Notes under the pieces: model-generated | Seen by the model: the letters and a program-made list of their open reading frames with translations, nothing else | What the model was told of the DNA's origin: nothing | Databases searched by the model: none | Part shown: piece by piece, positions 46,541 through 55,768 of the stretch | Position numbering within the stretch: position 1 is the first letter of the stretch | Layout: each line of letters starts with the position of its first letter | Made by a program: the position numbers and the translations under genes | Source of the DNA: Candidatus Lustribacter sp. | GTDB taxonomy: Bacteria; Vulcanimicrobiota; Vulcanimicrobiia; Vulcanimicrobiales; Vulcanimicrobiaceae | Length of the DNA stretch: 64,000 bases | Direction of reading: 5' to 3' | Assembly: GCA_965277805.1 (NCBI GenBank) | Contig: OZ255842.1 | Span: 4,608,001-4,672,000, forward strand

Positions 46541-47518
46541 CTAGAAGCCTCCGAATCGCAATGCCAGCGCGCCGGCCAGCATCGACCAGCAAAAGAGCGG
46601 GATCGCGCTCGCGCAATACCACGGCGCGAGGCGCTTTGGATCGGTCGAGAGTTTGCCTTGCATCGGCAACTGCGCGATCAGCAGCACGTTCATCACGAGC
46701 GCCTCGATCCAGCCTTTGTTCGCGAGTACATATGCCAGCGCGATGGCCTGGAACAGGTTGATAAACGTGACCGCTTGCAGCAGCGCGCGCTTCTCGCCGA
46801 GCATCACCGGAATCGAACGCAGACCGAGCTGCCGGTCACCTTCCACGCTTTTGAAGTCGTTGAGCGTCATCAGGCCATGCGCGCCGAATGAGAAGAGCAC
46901 GGCGAGGACGATCGTGCCGAACGTGATCGCGCCGAACGCCGCCGAGCCGGCTAACCATGCGAAGCCTTCGTATGAGAGCGCGCAGGCCGTATTGGCCAGC
47001 CAGCCGTTGCGCGCTTTGAGGCGCACCGGCGGCGTGCTGTACGCGAGTGCCAAAAGCATACCCGCTAGCGCCAGATAGCCGACCGTCCGCCCGAGCCCGA
47101 ATGCGAACGCGAGCGCGAGCGCGCCGAGCCCGAGCGCCACGAGGACGATCGTGCGCGTGCTCAGGATGTTGGCGGCGGTCGGGCGATTGGGTTCGTTGAT
47201 GCGGTCGACGTCGCGGTCGAAGTAGTCGTTCACGACTTGCGAAAACGCGCACAGCAACGGTCCGGCCATGAACATCGCGATGATGATGCGTGCGACGGTC
47301 GGGATGTCCCAGTGGCTGCCGGATGAGCCGACGGCGCCCACCATGATCGCCCACATCGGCGCAAACCACGTACCGGGTTTGGCAAAGCTTCCGAGCGAGG
47401 CGTTGATCTTCGCTGCGCCGCGCTCTTTGTCGGTGAACGGCAAGAGCATCGCGCCGAATTCGCGCACGGTGCTGACGGTCGATTGGGCCGACTCGGCCAG
47501 CACGTCGCGCTTAGCCAC
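46541..47518 (-). CDS. bchG: Bacteriochlorophyll synthase
   Basis: KPGTWFAPMWA, SQVVNDYFDRDVDRINEPNRP, YSTPPVRLK, LNDFKSVEGDR; start refined to GTG 47518. Confidence 0.95.
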   Translation of the reverse strand: MAKRDVLAESAQSTVSTVREFGAMLLPFTDKERGAAKINASLGSFAKPGTWFAPMWAIMVGAVGSSGSHWDIPTVARIIIAMFMAGPLLCAFSQVVNDYFDRDVDRINEPNRPTAANILSTRTIVLVALGLGALALAFAFGLGRTVGYLALAGMLLALAYSTPPVRLKARNGWLANTACALSYEGFAWLAGSAAFGAITFGTIVLAVLFSFGAHGLMTLNDFKSVEGDRQLGLRSIPVMLGEKRALLQAVTFINLFQAIALAYVLANKGWIEALVMNVLLIAQLPMQGKLSTDPKRLAPWYCASAIPLFCWSMLAGALALRFGGF

Positions 47519-49019
47519 CGACGTGTTCGCGTGCCGCCAGGACGGCCGACTCGTCGATGCGCGCGATCCCATGCTCGCGTGCGTACAGCTCGATATTCGA
47601 GCGCGCTTTCTTGCGCACGAAGAACGGAATGCGCCCGATGAGCTTCAGTGCGCCATCGTCCCAGATCAGCTCGCCGCTCGTCGGCGCGCTCCGCTCTTCG
47701 AGCCCTTCTGGAGCCGCTTCGGCGAAGCGGCCTTGCCCGCGCGGTCCAAACGTCTCGATCAGATGATGCTCGAGGCCCAGGACCTGCGTCTGGTTGACGA
47801 GGTCGCCGATGTGGTTGGCGCCGTCATAGCCCAAGAACGGCGCATAACCGAGCGGGAAGTTCAGCACGTGCGCGGGCGGCGAGATGACGGCGCACGGCAC
47901 GCCGAAACGGCTGGCGGAGTGCCGCTCCATCTGCGTTCCGAACACGATGTCGGGCCGGGTCAAGTCGATCAGGGCGGCGATCTGGCGGTAATTATCGGTG
48001 ACGACGATGTCTTTGGCGATGGTTCCGATCCGCTCGCGTAAGGCGCGCTCGTGCGGCAGCACGTACGTGCCGGCCCACTCGACGTCCATGTCGAGCTCGT
48101 CATGCAGTACCCGCGCGATACCGGCCGCGGCGGACGGGGTACCGAACACGCCGACCCGTTTCCCCGAGAGCGCGTGGGCGTCGACCGTGCGCGCGTACCA
48201 TGCGAGCTTCGCCCCGCGCGCGGCATGTGTCACGCGAGCGCGGGGAATCTCGAGCATCAGCGCGATCTCGGCAAGCAGCCGTGTCGTGCCGGCTTCGCCG
48301 TAGGGCGCCTCCGTCACGTACGGCATTCCGAAGCGGTCGCGCAAGAATTCCATCGTGGGCAAGGCGAGTTCGGGCGCCGTCGGCACGTTGAGCCACGCAC
48401 GCGTGATCGAGCGCAGGTCGTCGGGAGTCGCCCCGAGCGGCAGAACGGCGTTGACGCTCACGCCGAGGTCGGCGAACATGCGCCGCAGTGATTCGATGTT
48501 GGCGTGGTCGTGGAAGCCGAGCAGCGATGGGCCGATCAGGTTGATCGACGGGCGGGGCGTGCGGTCGTGGCCGTCTTGCGCGAAGTGTTCCACGATCTGC
48601 GCGACGGTCTTCGCAAACGCACTATACTCGGTGTCGCGCACGGGGTGCGTAGCGGCTTGCAGAATTTCTGCTCGCACCGAGCCGCGCGGGATCATCGCGA
48701 TCTCGCCATCGAGCGGTTCTTGGAGCACCGCGGCGGTCGCGCTGCGCGTGACGACGATCAGCTCCGGCGCGACGCGCTGGTCGACCTCGAGGACCGCGCG
48801 CCCGATATCGGCCGGTGCGCCGGCCAGCGTGGCTTCGGATACGGCCGAGATCGTGAGCGGCGGCATGACGCCGAGCCGTTCGAACATCGCCAGCATGATC
48901 GTGCCGTAGCCGTCGCCCTTCGGCGCGCGCAGGATCGTGTGCACGCCGCTAAACGACGACGCTGCCTTGCTGACGCCGACGTGCGCGGGTGCCTCGTACG
49001 ACCAAACCGCGAGCTTCAC
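47511..49019 (-). CDS. bchB: Dark-operative protochlorophyllide reductase subunit B
   Basis: MKLAVWSYEAPAHVG, APKGDGY, FGTQMERH, VISPPAH, LGLEHHL. Confidence 0.96.
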   Translation of the reverse strand: MKLAVWSYEAPAHVGVSKAASSFSGVHTILRAPKGDGYGTIMLAMFERLGVMPPLTISAVSEATLAGAPADIGRAVLEVDQRVAPELIVVTRSATAAVLQEPLDGEIAMIPRGSVRAEILQAATHPVRDTEYSAFAKTVAQIVEHFAQDGHDRTPRPSINLIGPSLLGFHDHANIESLRRMFADLGVSVNAVLPLGATPDDLRSITRAWLNVPTAPELALPTMEFLRDRFGMPYVTEAPYGEAGTTRLLAEIALMLEIPRARVTHAARGAKLAWYARTVDAHALSGKRVGVFGTPSAAAGIARVLHDELDMDVEWAGTYVLPHERALRERIGTIAKDIVVTDNYRQIAALIDLTRPDIVFGTQMERHSASRFGVPCAVISPPAHVLNFPLGYAPFLGYDGANHIGDLVNQTQVLGLEHHLIETFGPRGQGRFAEAAPEGLEERSAPTSGELIWDDGALKLIGRIPFFVRKKARSNIELYAREHGIARIDESAVLAAREHVGG

Positions 49020-50299
49020 GCTTGCGGTACCGACGCCGGAACCGAACGAAAGAAGTTCAGGTCGATCGGATGTTCGGGCGAGCCGGCGATGGCGCGCGTC
49101 TCGGCCAGCGCGTCATGACGGCGGCGAGCCATCGCGAACATCCGGAAGAGCGCCGGCGCGCCGGAAAAACCGCGGATCGGCTGAAACGTGAGCTCCGTCG
49201 ACCACTTCACGTTGAAGCCCATGCCTTCGAGTGCGTTCGCGACGTTGAGGTTGGCGACGACGAGATCGGGACGATGGTGCGAAAGCTGTCTGAAGGCCGC
49301 AAAGCGATCCGGTGCTTCGAGGATCTCGACACCCGCGAGCCGGTTCGACTCGGCGGCGTGAAACTTGCGGTACACCTTGGGCGTGGAGACGAACGGAACG
49401 TTGGCGCCGGCCGCGCGCAACGAGCGCGCCAGCGGCAACTCGAGCAAGGCATCGGAGTAAAACGCGATCGACAAGCCGCGCAGCGGGGCGATCTCGCGCT
49501 CACAGGCCGCCCATGCTTGCGCTTCGCGCGCTTCATAGGAGACCGTGCGCCCGAACGCGGCGGCGAGTCCCTCGTAGAACGCGCGGGCGCCGTCGGGGCC
49601 ATACGGGAATGGGAGCGCCGGTACCGTGCACTTGCGTTCGCGAACCGCGGCTGCGCACGAGCCGTACAGATACGGATGCACCGGCGCCAGAATCGTATTC
49701 TTTCCAATGGGCGGAACGTCGAGCGCGCTCTCGCCCGGCAAGAACCAAGGACTCGGCAACCCCATCGCTTTGCATTCGATGGTGATTTCGGCTTCTTCGA
49801 GCGCGGAGAGACAGCCGAGGATGACGAGGTTCGCTTCATCCGTCTGCGCCGCACGCGCGATCATTGCGGTCAGCACGTGATCTTCGCCCTCGGTGTAAGC
49901 GGCATCGAAGCCGTCCATGCGGGCCGGGTACACGCGCACGCCCGTTTCCTTTTCCAGCGGCGCGGCGCAGCCCGCGACGTTCATCTTGAGAATTTCCGGC
50001 GTACAGGTCGAGCCGAGGAAGATCGCTTTCGGAGCGTGTTCTTCCACCACGGTGCGTACCAGCGGCAGCAGTGCCGTCAGCGCGTCGCGTCCGGCGAGAT
50101 CATCTTCGTCGAGCAGCGCCGTGGCGAAGCGCGGCTGCGCGAAGATCATGACGCCGAGCGCCGTCTGCAAAAAGCCCTGGCACGACCCGGTTCCGACCAC
50201 CAGGAAAAAGCTGTCCTGCATCTTGTGATGCAGCCAGCCGATCGGCGCGAGCGAACAGAAGTCGTCGCGCTCTAAGACGTCCGCGGCCCCTTCGATCAT
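49016..50299 (-). CDS. bchN: Dark-operative protochlorophyllide reductase subunit N
   Basis: FCSL..WLHHKMQDSFFLVVG, GSTCTPEIL, TEGED, PYGPDG, KWSTELTF. Confidence 0.96.
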   Translation of the reverse strand: MIEGAADVLERDDFCSLAPIGWLHHKMQDSFFLVVGTGSCQGFLQTALGVMIFAQPRFATALLDEDDLAGRDALTALLPLVRTVVEEHAPKAIFLGSTCTPEILKMNVAGCAAPLEKETGVRVYPARMDGFDAAYTEGEDHVLTAMIARAAQTDEANLVILGCLSALEEAEITIECKAMGLPSPWFLPGESALDVPPIGKNTILAPVHPYLYGSCAAAVRERKCTVPALPFPYGPDGARAFYEGLAAAFGRTVSYEAREAQAWAACEREIAPLRGLSIAFYSDALLELPLARSLRAAGANVPFVSTPKVYRKFHAAESNRLAGVEILEAPDRFAAFRQLSHHRPDLVVANLNVANALEGMGFNVKWSTELTFQPIRGFSGAPALFRMFAMARRRHDALAETRAIAGSPEHPIDLNFFRSVPASVPQA

Positions 50300-50311
50300 C
50301 GGACGCCGGGG

Positions 50312-51145
50312 TTAGATCGCAGCGGCCAACGCGGGTTCTCCGGCATGGACGAAGTCGCCGCCGAGCAAACCGAAGAGTTCGCGCTCGGGGATCGGCGTCG
50401 GAATCGAACACGGCACGCCGTCGAGCATGCGTTGCGCGAGGTCCATCCAGGGTGCGCCGAGTTCGCCGCTCGGATCGATGTCGAAGACCGTGCGTGCGGT
50501 GAGGCGGCTGCGGCGGACGCCGTCGTGCTCGGGTATCGCGGCCAGCACGACCGTACCAATGCGCTCCGCAAACGGCCCGACGAGGGCGGTATCGCTCGCG
50601 CGGTTGGCGACGATCCCGGCCAGCATCCCCCCGCCGCTCTTCTGCTTGATCCCGATCGCGGTCGCAATGCGGTTGGCGGCGAAGATCGAATCGAAGTCGT
50701 TGGTCGCCACGATGATCACTTGCTCGCTGTGCTGCAGCGGCGCCGAGAAACCGCCGCACACCACGTCGCCGAGGACGTCGAAGACCTGGATCTCGTAGTC
50801 TTGGTAGACGCCGAACTTCTCCAGCAGCTTGACCGTTTCGCCGACGACGTATCCGCCGCACCCGGCGCCCGCGGGCGGGCCGCCCGACTCGACGCAATCG
50901 ACGCCGAACTTGCCGGGGAAGATGATCTCCTCGCGCTCGATCTCTTCGGCCTTGAATTTGTAGGACGAGAGGACCTCGACGACCGTTGGGATCAACGAGC
51001 CCGTAAGCGTAAACGTCGAATCGTGCTTGGGATCGCAGCCGACCTGAATCGTCTTCTTGCCGAGACGCCCGAATGCAGCCGAGAGGTTCGACGAGAACGT
51101 GCTTTTTCCGATGCCGCCCTTGCCATAGACTGCGATTTTGAGCAT
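50312..51145 (-). CDS. bchL: Dark-operative protochlorophyllide reductase iron protein
   Basis: [51 protein letters not shown]. Confidence 0.97.
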   Translation of the reverse strand: MLKIAVYGKGGIGKSTFSSNLSAAFGRLGKKTIQVGCDPKHDSTFTLTGSLIPTVVEVLSSYKFKAEEIEREEIIFPGKFGVDCVESGGPPAGAGCGGYVVGETVKLLEKFGVYQDYEIQVFDVLGDVVCGGFSAPLQHSEQVIIVATNDFDSIFAANRIATAIGIKQKSGGGMLAGIVANRASDTALVGPFAERIGTVVLAAIPEHDGVRRSRLTARTVFDIDPSGELGAPWMDLAQRMLDGVPCSIPTPIPERELFGLLGGDFVHAGEPALAAAI

Positions 51146-51200
51146 AGAGTCCCCCCGTAAGCCGTCCTCATCAACGTTACTGCCGGGTGCGGGGAGGGGC

Positions 51201-51216
51201 GGTGATAGCCGTCACC
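51201..51216. promoter_or_regulatory. CRP-type box GGTGAT-AGCC-GTCACC between divergent bchL and hemE
   Basis: -10 TAACGT (minus, 51174-51179) and TAGGGT (plus, 51239-51244) both at class II spacing. Confidence 0.85.
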
Positions 51217-51250
51217 CGCTCGCCCCAGAGAAGTGCGCTAGGGTGGGACG

Positions 51251-52255
51251 TTGAGTTTCTTAGAAGCCGCTCGCGGCGTCTCGGAGGAGCGGGCGCCGAT
51301 CTGGCTCATGCGTCAGGCCGGGCGGTATCTGCCCGAGTACCTGGCGGTGAAAGCCAAGTCGTCGTTCCTCGAGATGACACGCACGCCGGCGATCGCGGCC
51401 GAGATCACGCTGCAGCCGCTGCGGCGCTTTCCGCTCGACGCCGCGATCATCTTCAGCGACATCATGACGCCGCTCGAAGCCCTCGGCATCGACATCACCT
51501 TCAACCCCGGTCCCTCGATCGCAAAGCCGCTCCGTTCGGCGGCCGCGATCGAAGCGCTCGCGCTGCGCGACGAGGTCGCTCCTTTCGTCGGCGATGCGCT
51601 GCGGATCGTGCGGGCGGAACTCGCCCCCGAGGTCGCACTCATCGGCTTCGGCGGCACGCCGCTCACCCTCGCGACCTACCTGGTCGAGGGCGGCGGCAGC
51701 AAGGAGTACGCGCACTTCCGGCAGTTCTTGCGCCGCGAGCCGGCCGCGTTGCATCTCTTGCTGGACAAACTCACTGAACTCTCGATCGTCTATCTGCGCA
51801 TGCAAATCGCGGCCGGGGCCGATGCGATCCAGCTCTTCGACAGCTGGGCCGGCCTGCACGATGAGGACGTGTATCGCGAGTTCGGTCTGCCCTACTGCAA
51901 GCGCATCATGGACGCGTTGGCCGATACCGGTGCGGTGCGCATGTTCTTCGCGCTCGGCGCGGCACACCTGATGGACGCGGTGGCCGAAGTTCCGGCCGAA
52001 GTCGTGAGCGTCGATTGGCGCACCGACCTGCGCACGGCCCGCGCGCGAATGCCCGGGCGCACGCTGCAAGGCAATCTCGATCCGGCGATGCTCTACGCGG
52101 ACCGCGCGACGCTCGCGGCCGAGGCGCAGCGGATCCTGCGTTCCGGACTCGGCGGCGCGCACATCTTCAATCTCGGCCACGGAATCTGGCCGGACACGCC
52201 GATCGACGCGGTGGCGCACCTGATCGACACCGTGCACGCCTTCAAGCGCGAATGA
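51251..52255 (+). CDS. hemE: Uroporphyrinogen decarboxylase
   Basis: PIWLMRQAGRYLPEY, AIIFSDI, QLFDSW, QGNLDP, FNLGHG. Confidence 0.97.
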   Translation: MSFLEAARGVSEERAPIWLMRQAGRYLPEYLAVKAKSSFLEMTRTPAIAAEITLQPLRRFPLDAAIIFSDIMTPLEALGIDITFNPGPSIAKPLRSAAAIEALALRDEVAPFVGDALRIVRAELAPEVALIGFGGTPLTLATYLVEGGGSKEYAHFRQFLRREPAALHLLLDKLTELSIVYLRMQIAAGADAIQLFDSWAGLHDEDVYREFGLPYCKRIMDALADTGAVRMFFALGAAHLMDAVAEVPAEVVSVDWRTDLRTARARMPGRTLQGNLDPAMLYADRATLAAEAQRILRSGLGGAHIFNLGHGIWPDTPIDAVAHLIDTVHAFKRE

Positions 52256-53271
52256 GCGGGGATTCGGAGGCCGTGCGCTCGCGCGTCACGGCGTTGGTGA
52301 CCGAACTGCAAGAGGCGATTTGCGCGCGCGTCGTCGCGCTGGAGCACGCTCAGGGGGGCGCGCGGGCACCGGGTGCGTTTTTCGTCGACGCATGGGAGAG
52401 TTCGGCCGATCCCGACCGCATCAGCGGCGGCGGTTCGACGCGCGTCATCGCGGACGGCGCGGTCTTCGAAAAAGGCGGCGTCAACACGTCGGTCGTCACG
52501 GGAACGCGACTGCCGCCGAGCGTGACCGCCCAACGTCCCGAACTCGACGGTCACGGTTTTTTCGCGGCCGGCGTCAGCGTTGTGCTGCATCCGTGGAATC
52601 CGTACGCTCCGACCGCACACTGCAACTTCCGCTACTTCGAAACGCAGGCACCCGACGGATCGCGCGGCGCGTGGTGGTTCGGCGGCGGCGCCGATCTGAC
52701 ACCGTACTATCCCGATCTCGCGGACGTGCGGCACTTTCACGGCACGCTGCGCGCCGCGTGCGACCGTCACGACGCGCTGTTCTATCCGGCCTTCAAAGCG
52801 TGGTGCGACCGCTACTTCTACCTCAAGCATCGCGCGGAGACGCGCGGCGTCGGCGGGATCTTCTACGACTACCTCGATGCGGCGGGCTTCGGCGAGTGGG
52901 GCGAACGGACGCCCTTCGCGCAACCGCGCTCGTTCGATGCGCTGCTCGCCTTCATGCACGATGCCGGCAGCGCGTTTGCCGATGCGTACGCGCCGCTCGT
53001 CGAACGGCACGCTGCCGATGCGTATAGCGAACGCGAGCGCGCCTTTCAGTTGCTGCGCCGCGGCCGCTACGTCGAGTTCAATCTCGTCTACGACCGCGGC
53101 ACGCATTTCGGTTTGCAGAGCGGCGGCCGCACCGAATCGATTCTGATGTCGTTGCCGCCCCTGGTGCGCTGGGCGTACGACGAACAACCCGCACCCGGCG
53201 GCGCGGAGGCGGCGCTCGCGGCGTACTTGCGGCCGCGCGACTGGTTCGCCGAGGATCCGTTCTCGTCATGA
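52252..53271 (+). CDS. hemF: Oxygen-dependent coproporphyrinogen III oxidase
   Basis: FEKGGVN, HPWNPYAPTAHCNFRYF, WWFGGGADLTP, RRGRYVEFNLVYDRGT. Confidence 0.97.
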   Translation: MSGDSEAVRSRVTALVTELQEAICARVVALEHAQGGARAPGAFFVDAWESSADPDRISGGGSTRVIADGAVFEKGGVNTSVVTGTRLPPSVTAQRPELDGHGFFAAGVSVVLHPWNPYAPTAHCNFRYFETQAPDGSRGAWWFGGGADLTPYYPDLADVRHFHGTLRAACDRHDALFYPAFKAWCDRYFYLKHRAETRGVGGIFYDYLDAAGFGEWGERTPFAQPRSFDALLAFMHDAGSAFADAYAPLVERHAADAYSERERAFQLLRRGRYVEFNLVYDRGTHFGLQSGGRTESILMSLPPLVRWAYDEQPAPGGAEAALAAYLRPRDWFAEDPFSS

Positions 53272-54290
53272 CGCGTCAAGCGATCCTGCTCGTCAATCTG
53301 GGTTCGCCGGCGTCGCCGAGTCCGGAAGACGTGAAGCCGTATCTCGATGAGTTTTTGATGGATCCCTACGTGCTCGACATCCCCACGCCGTTGCGCGCGT
53401 TGCTGGTGCGCGGGCTGATCCTCAACACGCGTCCGCGCGCGACCGGCGCTGCGTATGCAAAGATTTGGACGAGCGAAGGATCGCCGCTGATCGTGATGTC
53501 GCGGCACGCGCAACGCGCGCTCGAGGTTGAGCTCCATCTGCCGGTGGGACTTGCGATGCGCTACGGCGCACCATCGATTGCGCAAGGCCTCGCGGAACTA
53601 CGGCAACGCGCAGGTGAGATCGACGACCTGATCGTGGTGCCGATGTACCCGCACTACGCGATGGCCTCGACGAAGACCGTCGAGGTTGCGGTTGAGGCGG
53701 CCCTCGCGGGGAGCGGTCTGCCGCACCGCTTCGTCGGACCGTTCTTCGACGATCCGGCGTATTTGGAAGCGCTGGCCGCGAAGGCACGCGCGAGGATCCC
53801 GGCCGGCACGCAATACGTGCTCTTCAGCTATCACGGCATCCCGCAGCGTCATCTGCGCAAGGTCGATCCGAGCGGCTCGCACTGTCTCGCAACGATCGAT
53901 TGCTGTGAGCGGCCCTCGATCGCGCATGCGACGTGCTACAGGCATCAGATCATCGGCACGACGGAAGGCGTTGCGCGGCGACTCGGGCTGCAGCGCAATG
54001 AGTACGGGTTCGCGTTTCAGTCGCGCCTCGGCGGTGGCTGGCTCGAACCGTTCACGGATAAGGAACTGCTCGCCTATCCGGCCCGCGGCATCACGCGCTT
54101 GGCCGTGATCTGTCCGTCGTTCGTTGCGGATTGTCTCGAGACGCTCGAGGAAATCGCAATCCGCGGACGCACGTCCTTCCTCGCGGCGGGCGGTGAAGCG
54201 TTCACCTACGTGCCGTGCTTGAACGACGATCCGGCCTGGATCGCGGCGCTGGCCGCGTTGTGCCGCAAGACGGCGACCGTGGCTGCGTGA
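53268..54290 (+). CDS. hemH: Ferrochelatase
   Basis: LLVNLGSP, AMRYG, LFSYHGIP, FQSRLG, FVADCLETLEEI. Confidence 0.96.
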   Translation: MTRQAILLVNLGSPASPSPEDVKPYLDEFLMDPYVLDIPTPLRALLVRGLILNTRPRATGAAYAKIWTSEGSPLIVMSRHAQRALEVELHLPVGLAMRYGAPSIAQGLAELRQRAGEIDDLIVVPMYPHYAMASTKTVEVAVEAALAGSGLPHRFVGPFFDDPAYLEALAAKARARIPAGTQYVLFSYHGIPQRHLRKVDPSGSHCLATIDCCERPSIAHATCYRHQIIGTTEGVARRLGLQRNEYGFAFQSRLGGGWLEPFTDKELLAYPARGITRLAVICPSFVADCLETLEEIAIRGRTSFLAAGGEAFTYVPCLNDDPAWIAALAALCRKTATVAA

Positions 54291-55612
54291 GCACGATCGC
54301 GATCGTCGGCGGCGGTATTGCCGGTTTGACGGCGGCGTTCACTTTGAGCTCCGAACACGACGTTGTCGTTTTCGAGTCCGAGGCCGTGGCCGGCGGCAAG
54401 ATCCGTTCGCAACAACTGGACGGATTTCTCTTCGAATGGGGTCCGAGCGGCTTTCTTTCGAACGCTCAAGAGCTGAGTGCGCTGGCGGCCGAACTCGAAT
54501 TAACCGGCGCCGTCGTCGACGCGCGTCCCGAAGCGAAGAGCCGTTTCATCTATTGGGACGGCAAGCTGCACAAACTCCCGACGAAGCCACCCGAGATCTT
54601 TTCGATGTCGTTGTTGTCGGGGGGCGGAAAGCTGCGCGCGATCCGCGAGTTGTTCGTTCCGCGCCGCGCCGCATCCGACACCGATGATGAGAGCGTCTAT
54701 GCGTTCATGGCGCGGCGCTTCGGCAACGAAGTCGCCGAGCGCATCGCCACACCGGCACTTCTCGGCGTGAGCGGTGGCAATGCGGCAAGCACGAGCCTAG
54801 CGGCGGTCTTCCCGCGCTTGCCGGAACTCGAACGCGAACGCGGATCCGTGATTCGCGGTATGGTGCGCGGGAGCCGAACAGGATCGCAGATGCGCAGCTT
54901 CGCCGGCAGCGGCATGCAGCGTCTGACCGATCGGCTGGCGGAACACTTGGGCGATCGCGTGCAACTCGGCACGGCGGTCACGCGGATCGAACCCGACGGC
55001 GCCGGCTGGCGCATCGTTCACGAACGCGGCGAAGCCGTGGCCGACCGCGTCGTCGTCGCGGTGCCGGCGTACGCTGCAGCCGGAATGGTCGCCGGCTTCG
55101 ATGCGGAGCTCGCCGGAGGGTTGGGCGAGATCGCCTACGCTCCGATGCGCGTCATCGGCGTGGGCTTTCGCCGCGACGACGTCTCCGAACCGCTCGACGG
55201 ATTCGGATTTCTGGCCGCACGTGGCTGCGGCGTGCGCATCCTCGGCGCAACCTACACCTCGTCGATGCTGCCCGAACAAGCCCCGCCGGACACCGTTTAC
55301 ATCCGCATCTTCATGGGCGGCGCCGCCGACCCCACCGCCGCGCTACTCGACGCCGAAATGGCGCGAACCATCGCGCTCGCGGATCTCGCCACGACCCTCG
55401 GCATCACCGCCGTCCCAACCGCCTACCACGAAACCATCTGGCAAAACGCGATCCCGCAATACGCACTCGGCCACCGCCAACGTATCCAAACAATCGAACA
55501 ACGCACGCTCGCGCATTCAGGCCTCGGACTCACCGGCAATGCCTACCACGGCCTCGGCGTAAACGACACCATCCGCGACGCCCGCACCGTCGCCCAAAGA
55601 ATCGGAACCTGA
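54287..55612 (+). CDS. hemY: Protoporphyrinogen oxidase (HemY/FAD type)
   Basis: IVGGGIAGL, GGKIRS, FEWGP, GFGFL, AIPQYALGH, GNAYHGLGVND. Confidence 0.92.
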   Translation: MSTIAIVGGGIAGLTAAFTLSSEHDVVVFESEAVAGGKIRSQQLDGFLFEWGPSGFLSNAQELSALAAELELTGAVVDARPEAKSRFIYWDGKLHKLPTKPPEIFSMSLLSGGGKLRAIRELFVPRRAASDTDDESVYAFMARRFGNEVAERIATPALLGVSGGNAASTSLAAVFPRLPELERERGSVIRGMVRGSRTGSQMRSFAGSGMQRLTDRLAEHLGDRVQLGTAVTRIEPDGAGWRIVHERGEAVADRVVVAVPAYAAAGMVAGFDAELAGGLGEIAYAPMRVIGVGFRRDDVSEPLDGFGFLAARGCGVRILGATYTSSMLPEQAPPDTVYIRIFMGGAADPTAALLDAEMARTIALADLATTLGITAVPTAYHETIWQNAIPQYALGHRQRIQTIEQRTLAHSGLGLTGNAYHGLGVNDTIRDARTVAQRIGT

Positions 55613-55620
55613 CTCGTCGT

Positions 55621-55764
55621 TGTCATTCCGAAGGGAGCGCCGAACCCGGGAGTGCGCTGACCATCGTGATAGCTCTGCCACGTTAGGGCGTTGCCCTGGC
55701 ATCTGCAAAGGATGGTGGCGGGTTCCTCGTCTCCGCGCCATTCGGCGCTTCGCTCGGGATGACA
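55621..55764. repeat. Palindromic REP/MITE-like element between convergent hemY and ccsA
   Basis: TGTCATTCCGA...TCGGGATGACA termini; shares TCCTCGTCT/CCCTCGTCT and ATGGTGGCG blocks with the 2095 copy. Confidence 0.8.
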
Positions 55765-55768
55765 AAAG

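Noticed and set aside
41319-51145. Nitrogenase (nifH-like motifs in two genes)
   Set aside because: Motifs and neighbours identify BchX and BchL
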